A DNA stretch of 63,858 nt, the filler included. It is 5 parts of 5 records of this genome, joined end to end, with 100 filler letters (N's around TTAATTAATTAA, not from the genome) between each part and the next. Parts side by side here need not be neighbours in the genome. Positions count along the whole stretch, not along the records: positions 51,395 to 58,726 come from DRR723986_8689; positions 58,827 to 63,858 come from DRR723986_8707; 3 more parts are not named here. The stretch is one strand, 5' to 3'. The stretch's first letter is position 1, and the number at the start of each line of letters is the position of its first letter. The position numbers were made by a program, and so were the translations under genes. Below the pieces are notes generated by a model. That model saw only the letters and a program-made list of their open reading frames with translations. It did not search any database and was not told the DNA's origin. Below are positions 51,667-60,314 of the stretch, piece after piece.

Positions 51667-54600
51667 ATGAATACATTTCAGCAAAACCACAGTCCATTTC
51701 CTCAGGCAGGCCCGCAAAACAGTCGGCAGGCGGGCGAACAGAAAACACAGCGCATTCCCGGCACAGAACACTCGCTGGAATTGCACTACGATTCTGAAGG
51801 ACGGCTCTTGCGTCTGACAGGGGGCGGCCGCGAGTACATCAGCACCGATAATACCAAACGTCGTTTTGATTCTGGTTTTGCAGAGTTTGAAGAAATATTT
51901 GCCGCCGGTGCGCTTCTGCGCCGCGTAACAGTTATGGGGCGCAGCTGGACAGAGTTTTATCGCTGGGATGACCAGGCGCGTCCAACTGAAGTGGACGGCA
52001 TGCGTTTAACACGCGATGACTCTGATCGCGTAACTGGCTGCGAAGGGCATGGCCAGAGCTGGGAATACAGCTATGCCGATGACGTACTTGTACATGTTAA
52101 AAGTCATGCGACTGAGCGGCTGTTAAGTTATACGGCCGACCAAAAGCCTGCTGCAGTTAAACACGGTGACAAACAAGAAAACCTCCAATACGATTTGAAC
52201 GGCGATCGCCGGGCAATAGAGGGTACTCCCAAGACCTGGCACCGCGATGAAGAGGGGCGCCTGTGGGCTGTCTCCGATCAGCAGGGAACAATCCTGAGTA
52301 CTTACCTGTGGGACGAATTTGCATGCCTGGCACGCATAGATGGCCCCCCGGGCGGACCAATTGTTGAAGTTTATTCACTGGATTTGGGCGGAACGCCGGT
52401 ACGTGTAGCTACAGCCGAAAATACAACAATTATTCCACGCGATTTGTTTGGTGAAAACTTAACAGCACATGCTGGAGTGCCGGGACTGTTTGGCGGTGCG
52501 CAGCACAAAGGCATGGTGTATTTTGCCTATCGCAGTTATGACCCCAAACTGGGTTTGTTTAACTCGCCGGATCCACTCGATGGCAGCGCCGAAGATCCGC
52601 GCCGTGAAGAAGGGTTCACTGGCACCTTGATAGCCGAAAAAGCGACGGCGGCGGGTTACGGAGTCTGCGGCTACGATACGTATACTTACTGCGATCCGAC
52701 CGGTGCAATCGCCTGGTACTACTTGCTTTCGTCATTAACATGGGCTTTCCCGAATAACTGGTTCCTGACCTTGGGAATGGACTGGACGATTAACTTTTGG
52801 GGTAGCCTATTCTCCGGCAATATCGGTCGCTTTTTTAACTTCAGGCATATTCACAGCGACAGGTTAAACGTTGGTGGTGTGCTGCGTGACGGCGTCATGG
52901 CCAGCGAACGCGCGTTTGCCACACAGCACTATATCTGGGAGCAATTTGACTCCTTTGACCAGGCTAAAAATGTAATGGTCTGCGCGCCGGGTGATCGATT
53001 TTTACCGGGCTACTATGGCACGACCCTGCGCATGGTCGAAAACTCCAGCAGCCGAGCGTTTATGCTGCGCGGAATGCGGCGTTATGCTTACGACGGTGAT
53101 ATCAGCAATGATTATCCGGCCGGCTGGACGCGGCATGGCGGTGAGGCCGAAGCAATTGCACCAGGAGTGTTAACACCTCACTTTCCAGGTGGCGGCTTGC
53201 ACCTGGGGGACATGTTTACTGAATCGATTAACTGTACACCAACGTTCAGACCACCAGTACAGGGGCCTACAGATGCTACGATCGTAGAGCTGGAGCCGCT
53301 TGGGCCGATTGGCGTTGGGACTGCGAATACCAGAGTTGAAAGTTCGGTGCCCGAGCATGGCCTGGGTTTAAGTGAGAACGATTGGGTGGGCATGGCCGAC
53401 CCCAGCAACCGAACATTTGTTACACAAATACGTTCAGCGGTCGAAGAATCGAACGGCACAACCACGCTGCAGTTTAACCCTGATCCGACCGGGCTGGATA
53501 CTGCCGAACTGCGACTGCGCGGCCTGGAGGAAGACCGAACAACCGAAAATTTAACAAATATGACGGACCCGAACCGTCTGGAGACGACGGGTTCTTCTGA
53601 GCAATATGCTGTCGGTGACTATTTGCATCTGCGGCAGGGAAGTGATGATCGCGGATTTTCATTCATTACGGCACTCGAAGCGCGCGTGCAGCTGGATGCT
53701 GCGTTCACGGGGCCTCCAGGTTGGCCCGGAGCTGAGGTATTGCCGGTGGTTACCAGTGGATCTGTTAATACCGCCGAGTTAACAGCCTCGGGAACTGATA
53801 TTAACTTTCCGGATTCTCCGCGGCCCAGTAGCGGAGACTTAATCCGAGTATTCGACGGTACAAATGATATTGCTGTAGTTGTTGGAGCTGAAACGGGTAA
53901 CCAACGCGCAGTGGACCGCAGTCTGGCAGTCATGGGTGGCACGGGAACGTCCGTTAGCTGGCAAAACTTAACCGCCGGTGGCTCCATTGGAATTGCCGCT
54001 ACTTTTGACATCACGGCGCAGTTAACATTTGCACCCGAAGTTGTGCGCACCGCACCTTCCAGCGGATTCCTGGCTGTTCGCAGGCAGGACGATGTGGTGC
54101 AGGTACGCCGCGTGACGAGTCGTGATCACGATGCAATCGTCCTGGGGCCGGCAAAAACCGGAATTGCGGCAGACTACAGTGTCGAGCTGTTTAAGGCCAA
54201 AGACCCGAATGCAACCGACATGGGCATTCGTACAGTCTTCCAGCTGGCAGCGCCATTGACCACCACCGGTGCCGTCGCCCTGCAAATTCATCAGTTAACA
54301 AATGACACGCTGGCCGCTAATCTGGGCGGCACAAGCCTCGCGGGTTTTAGTCTGAATGCCGAGACGCTGAGTCAGCCGCTAACAACATATAACGCGAATG
54401 AGTTACGCCCATCGCAGGTAATAGCGCTGGATGACGGCAGCAACCAGGAAGTCGCACTGATTCGCAGTGTGGTCCGCGATGTGCTGCTGGACCGCGATCT
54501 GCCGATTCCCTCGGCAACGACTGACCTGCGCGCCGTACTGCTCGAAACCACGGGTGTTAACTACAGCGCCACCCGCATTTCAAACTCACGCCTGGTAGTG

Positions 54601-57600
54601 CTGCCGAACGCCTTCGGTGCGACTACCAGACTCGAAATGCCGCGTTTCTTTGAAGGCGAATTAGTTGAAGTGCAGTACTCAGCGGGTGGAACCCAAAATG
54701 ATCAGTTCCGGGTGACGGCGGTCTCGGGAACGCGTTTAACACTTGCATTCGGCCGCGCTGACTTGCCGGCAGGTGCCAGTGATTTCCGCGTGCGCAAATT
54801 GGCAGTTGCCGATCCGGATACGGGCGGCGGATATATCGCAATTAACGGCGCACCTTCACTCAGCAATCTTGGTGGCGCCAACACGCGCATTCTGCGTTTT
54901 CATCTCTGGAATTGGTCCAACCTGACCAATACCGAACGTATTGGTATAATCCATGACGGACAGACGCTGCCGGCGCGCATTCGTTTGCAAACGGCGTATG
55001 ACTGTACGCAGGCCGATCCGAACCCCGAGATTTTGAGTGTTGCGTCTTCGGTTGGAGGTTCAACGACCGGAATCTCAATGCCGCAGTTTGTTGTCGGCGA
55101 GCGCGTCGAAGCCGCCTGGGACCCCAGTGGCGGTGGAGGACGCCAGACGGAATTGTTTAACGTTTCAGCGGTTTCAGGAAGTGTTGTAACGGTCTTGCAT
55201 GACGGCGGCGCAGGCATGATTACGGCCGGCGCATCCAATATTACACTGCGCCATTTAGGGACGCTCGATATTAATTTAGGTGCGGCGCCCGCATCTGCAA
55301 GCGGCACAATTGCCATCCGCACACTGGCGCATTCGAACAACAACATCTGGGCTCCTGGTTTTACCGCCGAAACCGGCCAGACAATTGTACTTGCACCCGA
55401 CATCACCGGGACTTTAACACCCGGCAATCGCCAGGTTGTAGTTATACCTTTGCGCGAACTGGGGACACCAGCCGCAGCAGTTATGGAGCCCGGGGGAGTG
55501 CTCGTGCCGGAAGATCCGGAAAATTGGGAGCACAACCGCTATCAGTCCCTGGTGGAACACGAGCTGCGCCACACCGAGCAATATCTGTGGTGGGGACCAC
55601 TTTGGTTCACAGCATTTCCGCTCTGGGCTTTTGATCTTGGCTTTTCCTATGCCGCGGACGTGGATCTGCCGCGCTGGTCGGCCTTTGTGGCGGCAACGAT
55701 AGAACGCGACAGCAACAATAATGCGATTCGCCTGCTGCGCATCCCAAATGCTGAAGGCATTGAATTTGGCGATAACTCACACGTGCAGATTTTTCGCGGC
55801 TCGCTGCGTGAAACCGCTGAGTTTAACGCCGAACGCGCCAGTGACCTGTTCCAGATTAAACCCAAGGCTTCGGGAGAAACGGCACTGCCCGACGGCCCCG
55901 TGTTTGTCCGCAAACTTAACTCCGCACTCGGCCCCTCAGGCCAGGACTGGTACAGTGGAATTTATCAGGTATTTGATACTTTAACGCCGGGCGGCTTGTT
56001 AAACATCCTCTTTGGCGCCGGTTATGGTTCGATGATGCTCCTGCTGGTGCGCATTCCCTGGATGATTGCCAAAGCCTGCTCCACGTATACACGCCATGCC
56101 GTGACAGTATTGCCTTCACGCAATGAATTACAGTTGAGTGAAACCGGGCGGCGATCCGAATACACAAACGAACGCCGCGTAATTATTCGCCAGAACGGTC
56201 AGGACGACTTCGTACGCACACTGTCAAGCGTGGACGAAAGCGGAAAGTTAACACTCGGTTCAAGCCTTGGTTTTGAAGGCGCTGCCGAAGTCAGTCCCTA
56301 TGACACCAGCGTCGACAGTCAGTATTGGTACTGGCAAAAATATTACCCCGCAATTGTAAAAGCTGACAGCTTTGCGTCAATTACGGCGCAGGAAGAAGAC
56401 GGCGACCGCCTGGAAGTCTCGACTTTTGATCGCCTGCATATTATTGGCGAGAAAAATTCCAACCACGAGCGTTTCACCTTAACAACGACCGTAACGGCGG
56501 TTTCCGGCAATGACATTGAGTTAACAGATGCACTGCCTACCGACGCACTTGGCTCCTCGGATCAGGTACTGCGTGTTGCTAAAATCGGCCGCCAGGATAG
56601 TCAGGGACACGTTGAAAGTTTATTCCTCGATCAATACGGTCTGATGGGGCCCATGCGTTGGGTTTCCGATCCATTCCGTCAGATGCACCTGCGCAATATT
56701 GAAGAACCGGGCTCTGCCTGGGAGATAATCTCGCGGATTGCACGTTACATCTGGGGCACACATAACTGGAGCCTTGGACTGCCCGGTCACGTGTTTTTTG
56801 ACCGGCTTTTCCCAGGCGATGATGTTGCTTACCTTTCCGATATTGAGCAGGATTCATCCAACCAGAGTGGTGATCTCTATTCTGCGCTCGGGCGTCTGCG
56901 CGGAGATGTTAACATCGGCGATGGGTTTAACGCAACGATGGTGTTGGGCGATATTGCGCGCTACTGGTATTGGCCGAACCCACGCACGACGATGTTCCCG
57001 ACGCAGGCCGGTTGGTGCAACTCCAACTATAACCAGGATGTTCCCGGTGTTAACACCCGTCCCGCCGTTTGTGTCATGCCATTTGTAACAGCTGAATCAG
57101 GCGACGCAGCGCCGGGCAACGGAGCTGAGCCAAACAATAATGCTACAGCCGGCGCAGTCGGAACCCAACCGGGTCTGGCAGTCGCCGATGTTTTTTCTGA
57201 CAAAAATCCTGGTACTCCCGAGGATGTGCCCGGTGGTGGCGGGCCGCGACGAATCATGGCCAGCAATCGCGGATGGATTCCCACAAGCAAAACGCTCGGC
57301 CGCACGCAGGGAATGTACGTCGCCTTTACCACTCCAACAACTGGGGCGGACCGGCATCGCGTCACGACCGACAACGGAATTCTGCAGGCTGCCGAGGCAC
57401 GCCATGCGCAGGACGAAGGCAAGCAGAAGCTGCTCTACAATGTTAATGTTACCGACGTGACTGTAATGTTAAACGGCATTGCCGTCAGCGAGGGCATGAC
57501 AATTAATTTGTTAAAAACGCAGCGTGCGCGTTTTGTATGCACACCCAACAACAACCGACGCTATCGATTAACGGTATTACGTCCGGCGGACGGCGCGGTA

Positions 57601-58485
57601 GTACGCCGCAGTGACGAATTGGAAATTGACATGCAGGCGGCAGCTGCGAACAGCTCCGAACCTGTTGAAATCAGCCGCTACTATCGTTTTGACCCATCTT
57701 CCGGTCAGTTTGAGACTGGCGGCCTGATGCAGCACGGTGTGCACCTTCCAACCGATATCGACGTTGCGGTACGCCGTTTAACAGTTAACACTGTCGACAC
57801 ACCAATTGTCTTAAACAACCTGGCGGATGCAATCAACTTTGGCTCTTACGGTGGCACAATTCCGAGTCTTACTCCCGGCGCAGAGGTATTCGTGTTTATT
57901 GCCGCCAGTATCTTAAACTTTAACCCGGTAATTGGCTATCCGGGGACGCCGGCAATCGTTCACGCTTCGATTATTCAGGCCGATCGCACGTCCGCCGCAC
58001 CCGATACAAGCAAGGCTTTTCTGGGAACGGGCGCTAACGCAGGTGGCGTTTTTAGTTTATCGATTGACGCTAACGATCCACCTGAGGAGGAGGCGCACAT
58101 CACGGTCGACGTCTCAGTTGGAGCAGCAGCCAGTCCGGAGAGTTTAACACAGATTACGATTCCGATTACGGGGCATTTCCTGGCAACTTCGGGGGGCGCG
58201 TACACTGCGGCGGCTGGTGGCACGATCACACTTGACTGCGCAAATGTGGGTGGAGGCGGAGTCACACCCGACCCTGCTACGGTAGTGGTAACGATGCCGG
58301 ACGGTTCGGCACCTGCGGAAGTCAGCCCAGGAGTTCCGGAGTTAACATTTGCTGCGGGCGGCCCCAACCAGTTGGTGGTAACTGTTAACCCGGGTTTCAG
58401 CGGTGTCCTTGGCAATCGCCGTTTGTTAATAGAGGAGAGCGGCAACACATCGAACAAAGCGCGCCGGACGATCATATTAACATAA
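51667..58485 (+). CDS. 2272-aa protein: short YD/Rhs N-terminus with Rhs core (DPTG at aa 343-346), then a ~1900-aa C-terminus with repeated beta modules and HExxH
   Basis: YDSEGRLL, YDLNGDR, RSYDPKLGLFNSPDP and CDPTG motifs. HELRHTEQ at 55558-55581. AGGA RBS upstream. Uninterrupted 6.8-kb ORF. Confidence 0.85.
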   Translation: MNTFQQNHSPFPQAGPQNSRQAGEQKTQRIPGTEHSLELHYDSEGRLLRLTGGGREYISTDNTKRRFDSGFAEFEEIFAAGALLRRVTVMGRSWTEFYRWDDQARPTEVDGMRLTRDDSDRVTGCEGHGQSWEYSYADDVLVHVKSHATERLLSYTADQKPAAVKHGDKQENLQYDLNGDRRAIEGTPKTWHRDEEGRLWAVSDQQGTILSTYLWDEFACLARIDGPPGGPIVEVYSLDLGGTPVRVATAENTTIIPRDLFGENLTAHAGVPGLFGGAQHKGMVYFAYRSYDPKLGLFNSPDPLDGSAEDPRREEGFTGTLIAEKATAAGYGVCGYDTYTYCDPTGAIAWYYLLSSLTWAFPNNWFLTLGMDWTINFWGSLFSGNIGRFFNFRHIHSDRLNVGGVLRDGVMASERAFATQHYIWEQFDSFDQAKNVMVCAPGDRFLPGYYGTTLRMVENSSSRAFMLRGMRRYAYDGDISNDYPAGWTRHGGEAEAIAPGVLTPHFPGGGLHLGDMFTESINCTPTFRPPVQGPTDATIVELEPLGPIGVGTANTRVESSVPEHGLGLSENDWVGMADPSNRTFVTQIRSAVEESNGTTTLQFNPDPTGLDTAELRLRGLEEDRTTENLTNMTDPNRLETTGSSEQYAVGDYLHLRQGSDDRGFSFITALEARVQLDAAFTGPPGWPGAEVLPVVTSGSVNTAELTASGTDINFPDSPRPSSGDLIRVFDGTNDIAVVVGAETGNQRAVDRSLAVMGGTGTSVSWQNLTAGGSIGIAATFDITAQLTFAPEVVRTAPSSGFLAVRRQDDVVQVRRVTSRDHDAIVLGPAKTGIAADYSVELFKAKDPNATDMGIRTVFQLAAPLTTTGAVALQIHQLTNDTLAANLGGTSLAGFSLNAETLSQPLTTYNANELRPSQVIALDDGSNQEVALIRSVVRDVLLDRDLPIPSATTDLRAVLLETTGVNYSATRISNSRLVVLPNAFGATTRLEMPRFFEGELVEVQYSAGGTQNDQFRVTAVSGTRLTLAFGRADLPAGASDFRVRKLAVADPDTGGGYIAINGAPSLSNLGGANTRILRFHLWNWSNLTNTERIGIIHDGQTLPARIRLQTAYDCTQADPNPEILSVASSVGGSTTGISMPQFVVGERVEAAWDPSGGGGRQTELFNVSAVSGSVVTVLHDGGAGMITAGASNITLRHLGTLDINLGAAPASASGTIAIRTLAHSNNNIWAPGFTAETGQTIVLAPDITGTLTPGNRQVVVIPLRELGTPAAAVMEPGGVLVPEDPENWEHNRYQSLVEHELRHTEQYLWWGPLWFTAFPLWAFDLGFSYAADVDLPRWSAFVAATIERDSNNNAIRLLRIPNAEGIEFGDNSHVQIFRGSLRETAEFNAERASDLFQIKPKASGETALPDGPVFVRKLNSALGPSGQDWYSGIYQVFDTLTPGGLLNILFGAGYGSMMLLLVRIPWMIAKACSTYTRHAVTVLPSRNELQLSETGRRSEYTNERRVIIRQNGQDDFVRTLSSVDESGKLTLGSSLGFEGAAEVSPYDTSVDSQYWYWQKYYPAIVKADSFASITAQEEDGDRLEVSTFDRLHIIGEKNSNHERFTLTTTVTAVSGNDIELTDALPTDALGSSDQVLRVAKIGRQDSQGHVESLFLDQYGLMGPMRWVSDPFRQMHLRNIEEPGSAWEIISRIARYIWGTHNWSLGLPGHVFFDRLFPGDDVAYLSDIEQDSSNQSGDLYSALGRLRGDVNIGDGFNATMVLGDIARYWYWPNPRTTMFPTQAGWCNSNYNQDVPGVNTRPAVCVMPFVTAESGDAAPGNGAEPNNNATAGAVGTQPGLAVADVFSDKNPGTPEDVPGGGGPRRIMASNRGWIPTSKTLGRTQGMYVAFTTPTTGADRHRVTTDNGILQAAEARHAQDEGKQKLLYNVNVTDVTVMLNGIAVSEGMTINLLKTQRARFVCTPNNNRRYRLTVLRPADGAVVRRSDELEIDMQAAAANSSEPVEISRYYRFDPSSGQFETGGLMQHGVHLPTDIDVAVRRLTVNTVDTPIVLNNLADAINFGSYGGTIPSLTPGAEVFVFIAASILNFNPVIGYPGTPAIVHASIIQADRTSAAPDTSKAFLGTGANAGGVFSLSIDANDPPEEEAHITVDVSVGAAASPESLTQITIPITGHFLATSGGAYTAAAGGTITLDCANVGGGGVTPDPATVVVTMPDGSAPAEVSPGVPELTFAAGGPNQLVVTVNPGFSGVLGNRRLLIEESGNTSNKARRTIILT

Positions 58486-58507
58486 AAGTTAACATTAAAC
58501 AGATCAT

Positions 58508-58578
58508 TTCTTGACCGCTTTGAGCCCCGCCTTGGGGGCGGTTCTCAGGCTCTTTTGATTTTTATGTTTGTCGCTGAT
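58508..58578 (+). repeat. Dispersed ~75-nt intergenic element, copy B (terminator-like)
   Basis: TTCTTGACCGCTTTGAGCC-CCGCCTTGGGGGCGGT-TCTCAGGCTCTTTTGATTTTTATGTTTGTCGCTGAT. Confidence 0.75.
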
Positions 58579-58726
58579 GCTGCAGACCTGAGTCTGGGAT
58601 TCGGCAATTGAGACTGGAGTGAGTGGAGCTCTCTGCGCAGCAGACTCAAGTACTTGATGCTGAGACTTTGAGACTTGAGGTTTTGAGCCTCGAAGGATTA
58701 CGGCTCACAGCCCTAAGTGCTGTGAG

Positions 58727-58826
58727 NNNNNNNNNNNNNNNNNNNNNNNNNNNNNNNNNNNNNNNNNNNNTTAATTAATTAANNNNNNNNNNNNNNNNNN
58801 NNNNNNNNNNNNNNNNNNNNNNNNNN
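58727..58826. other. Artificial contig linker
   Basis: N44-TTAATTAATTAA-N44. Confidence 0.99.
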
Positions 58827-58833
58827 CGCCGTT

Positions 58834-58855
58834 GTAGGAGCGGTTTTAACCGCGA
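58834..58855 (+). repeat. GTAG-family REP (repetitive extragenic palindrome)
   Basis: GTAG-GA-GCGGTT-TT-AACCGC-GA: GTAG tetranucleotide plus short palindrome, at a contig start. Confidence 0.65.
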
Positions 58856-59054
58856 TAAGGGTTCCAACAGTGCTCATCGCCATCGGCGTTTTGGGCACTA
58901 GTTAAGCACTCCGAACCTGCGCGAGAGTAGAGGTGTTTTGGCTGGCTGGCCTGACCACAAATACCCTCCGCAACGATCAGACCAATAATAAAAACGTTCT
59001 GCACAGCGCGTAGTTCATGGCTATTTACCCTTCTGCTCGACAGGAGGATTTACC

Positions 59055-59747
59055 ATGACCCAACGAAATTGCTCGTCGCTGACCCACACCCCCGCCACGC
59101 CAGCCCCAAAAAACGCCACACCACCCGGTTGGTACAAGCCGCGTATTCGCGTCGCTACAACGGACGATGGCGCTCCGCGAGTGTACAAGCGCTACCCAAT
59201 GCCTGGGGCTGCCGCGAATACCTATTTTCGTTTTCTCGCCACCCACGAGTTTTCCATGCTAAAACAAATGGACCACTTTTCTTTTACCCCAAACTCGCCG
59301 CGCCTTAGCACGGCAAGCTTAACCTTGAGTTACTCCTACCTCCGCGGCACGCCGCTAAAAAGCTGGCCGCGCCATACTCCGCTACCGGCGGAATTTTTCC
59401 GGGCGTTAATCGCTGCAAGTCGTCAGATGCATCAGCATCAACTGGTCCACCTGGACTTGGGCAATGCCGGAAACATTTTGGTTTCGCCGTCGCAACAGCC
59501 TTTAATTATCGACTTTGGATCTGCCCTCAATACCTCACGCTTACCTGCCGTGATCCGCTGCTGGATGATGAGAAAAGACACCCTCGGCATTCTTAAGCTG
59601 TGGTACAAATTCAGCCGCGAGACCATGCCAAGCGCGCATCAGGAGTACTTTCTGCGTCACTACCGTAAAAACATTTACACGCCCAAACGTTTAAAGAAGG
59701 CCCTGAAGCGCCTCATTTTGCGCAAGCTCGGCGTTGCAGGTCGTTGA
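59055..59747 (+). CDS. Protein-kinase-like (RIO/Kdo/WaaP-like) protein
   Basis: VYK, HE, HLDLGNAGNILV and IIDFG motifs. Confidence 0.75.
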   Translation: MTQRNCSSLTHTPATPAPKNATPPGWYKPRIRVATTDDGAPRVYKRYPMPGAAANTYFRFLATHEFSMLKQMDHFSFTPNSPRLSTASLTLSYSYLRGTPLKSWPRHTPLPAEFFRALIAASRQMHQHQLVHLDLGNAGNILVSPSQQPLIIDFGSALNTSRLPAVIRCWMMRKDTLGILKLWYKFSRETMPSAHQEYFLRHYRKNIYTPKRLKKALKRLILRKLGVAGR

Positions 59748-59852
59748 TAGAACGACGGCAAATTCGTAATCAACAAAAAAGAAAAAAGGCGTATGGAAAA
59801 AGGGGAAACCACATACGCCAAGCAGGGAGGTAGAGGGGAAAGGCTTAAGCGG

Positions 59853-60302
59853 CTATTTCGACCACTTAGCAATTAAACGATCAACGGAGATTGCCCCCGC
59901 GCCATGCACTACGATGTAGGCGGCAAGCAAACCCCACACAAGGTGATACAACTCGGCCGCTGGCGCGATCGCCTCCAGGCTGATAACCGCGACAAAATTG
60001 ATAATAAAAATCCCAGCCGCGGCCGTTAGCGAATACAGCCCGAGCACTAACATCACCGGCAGCACCAGCTCGCCAGCGGTCGCAAGGAATGCCGCCACGC
60101 CGGCACTGAGCAAGGGCACGCTGTATTCCTCTTCAAACAGAAACAGCGTGGTTTCCCAGTCATCAATTTTGGTTAACCCCGACTTAAAAAATACCGACGC
60201 CAAATACAGCCTCGCCGCAAGTAACAGTAGCGGCGAAAGGTGCTGTACCCAGCCCCGCACTCGTTGTTCTAACATTGCTGATGTTACGACTAGTGTCTTC
60301 AT
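59853..60302 (-). CDS. DoxX family membrane protein (BufD-like)
   Basis: RLYLASVFFKSGLTK, LFEEEY.VP and GAG.ISVD motifs. Confidence 0.88.
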   Translation of the reverse strand: MKTLVVTSAMLEQRVRGWVQHLSPLLLLAARLYLASVFFKSGLTKIDDWETTLFLFEEEYSVPLLSAGVAAFLATAGELVLPVMLVLGLYSLTAAAGIFIINFVAVISLEAIAPAAELYHLVWGLLAAYIVVHGAGAISVDRLIAKWSK

Positions 60303-60314
60303 TGTCTTCTCCTG

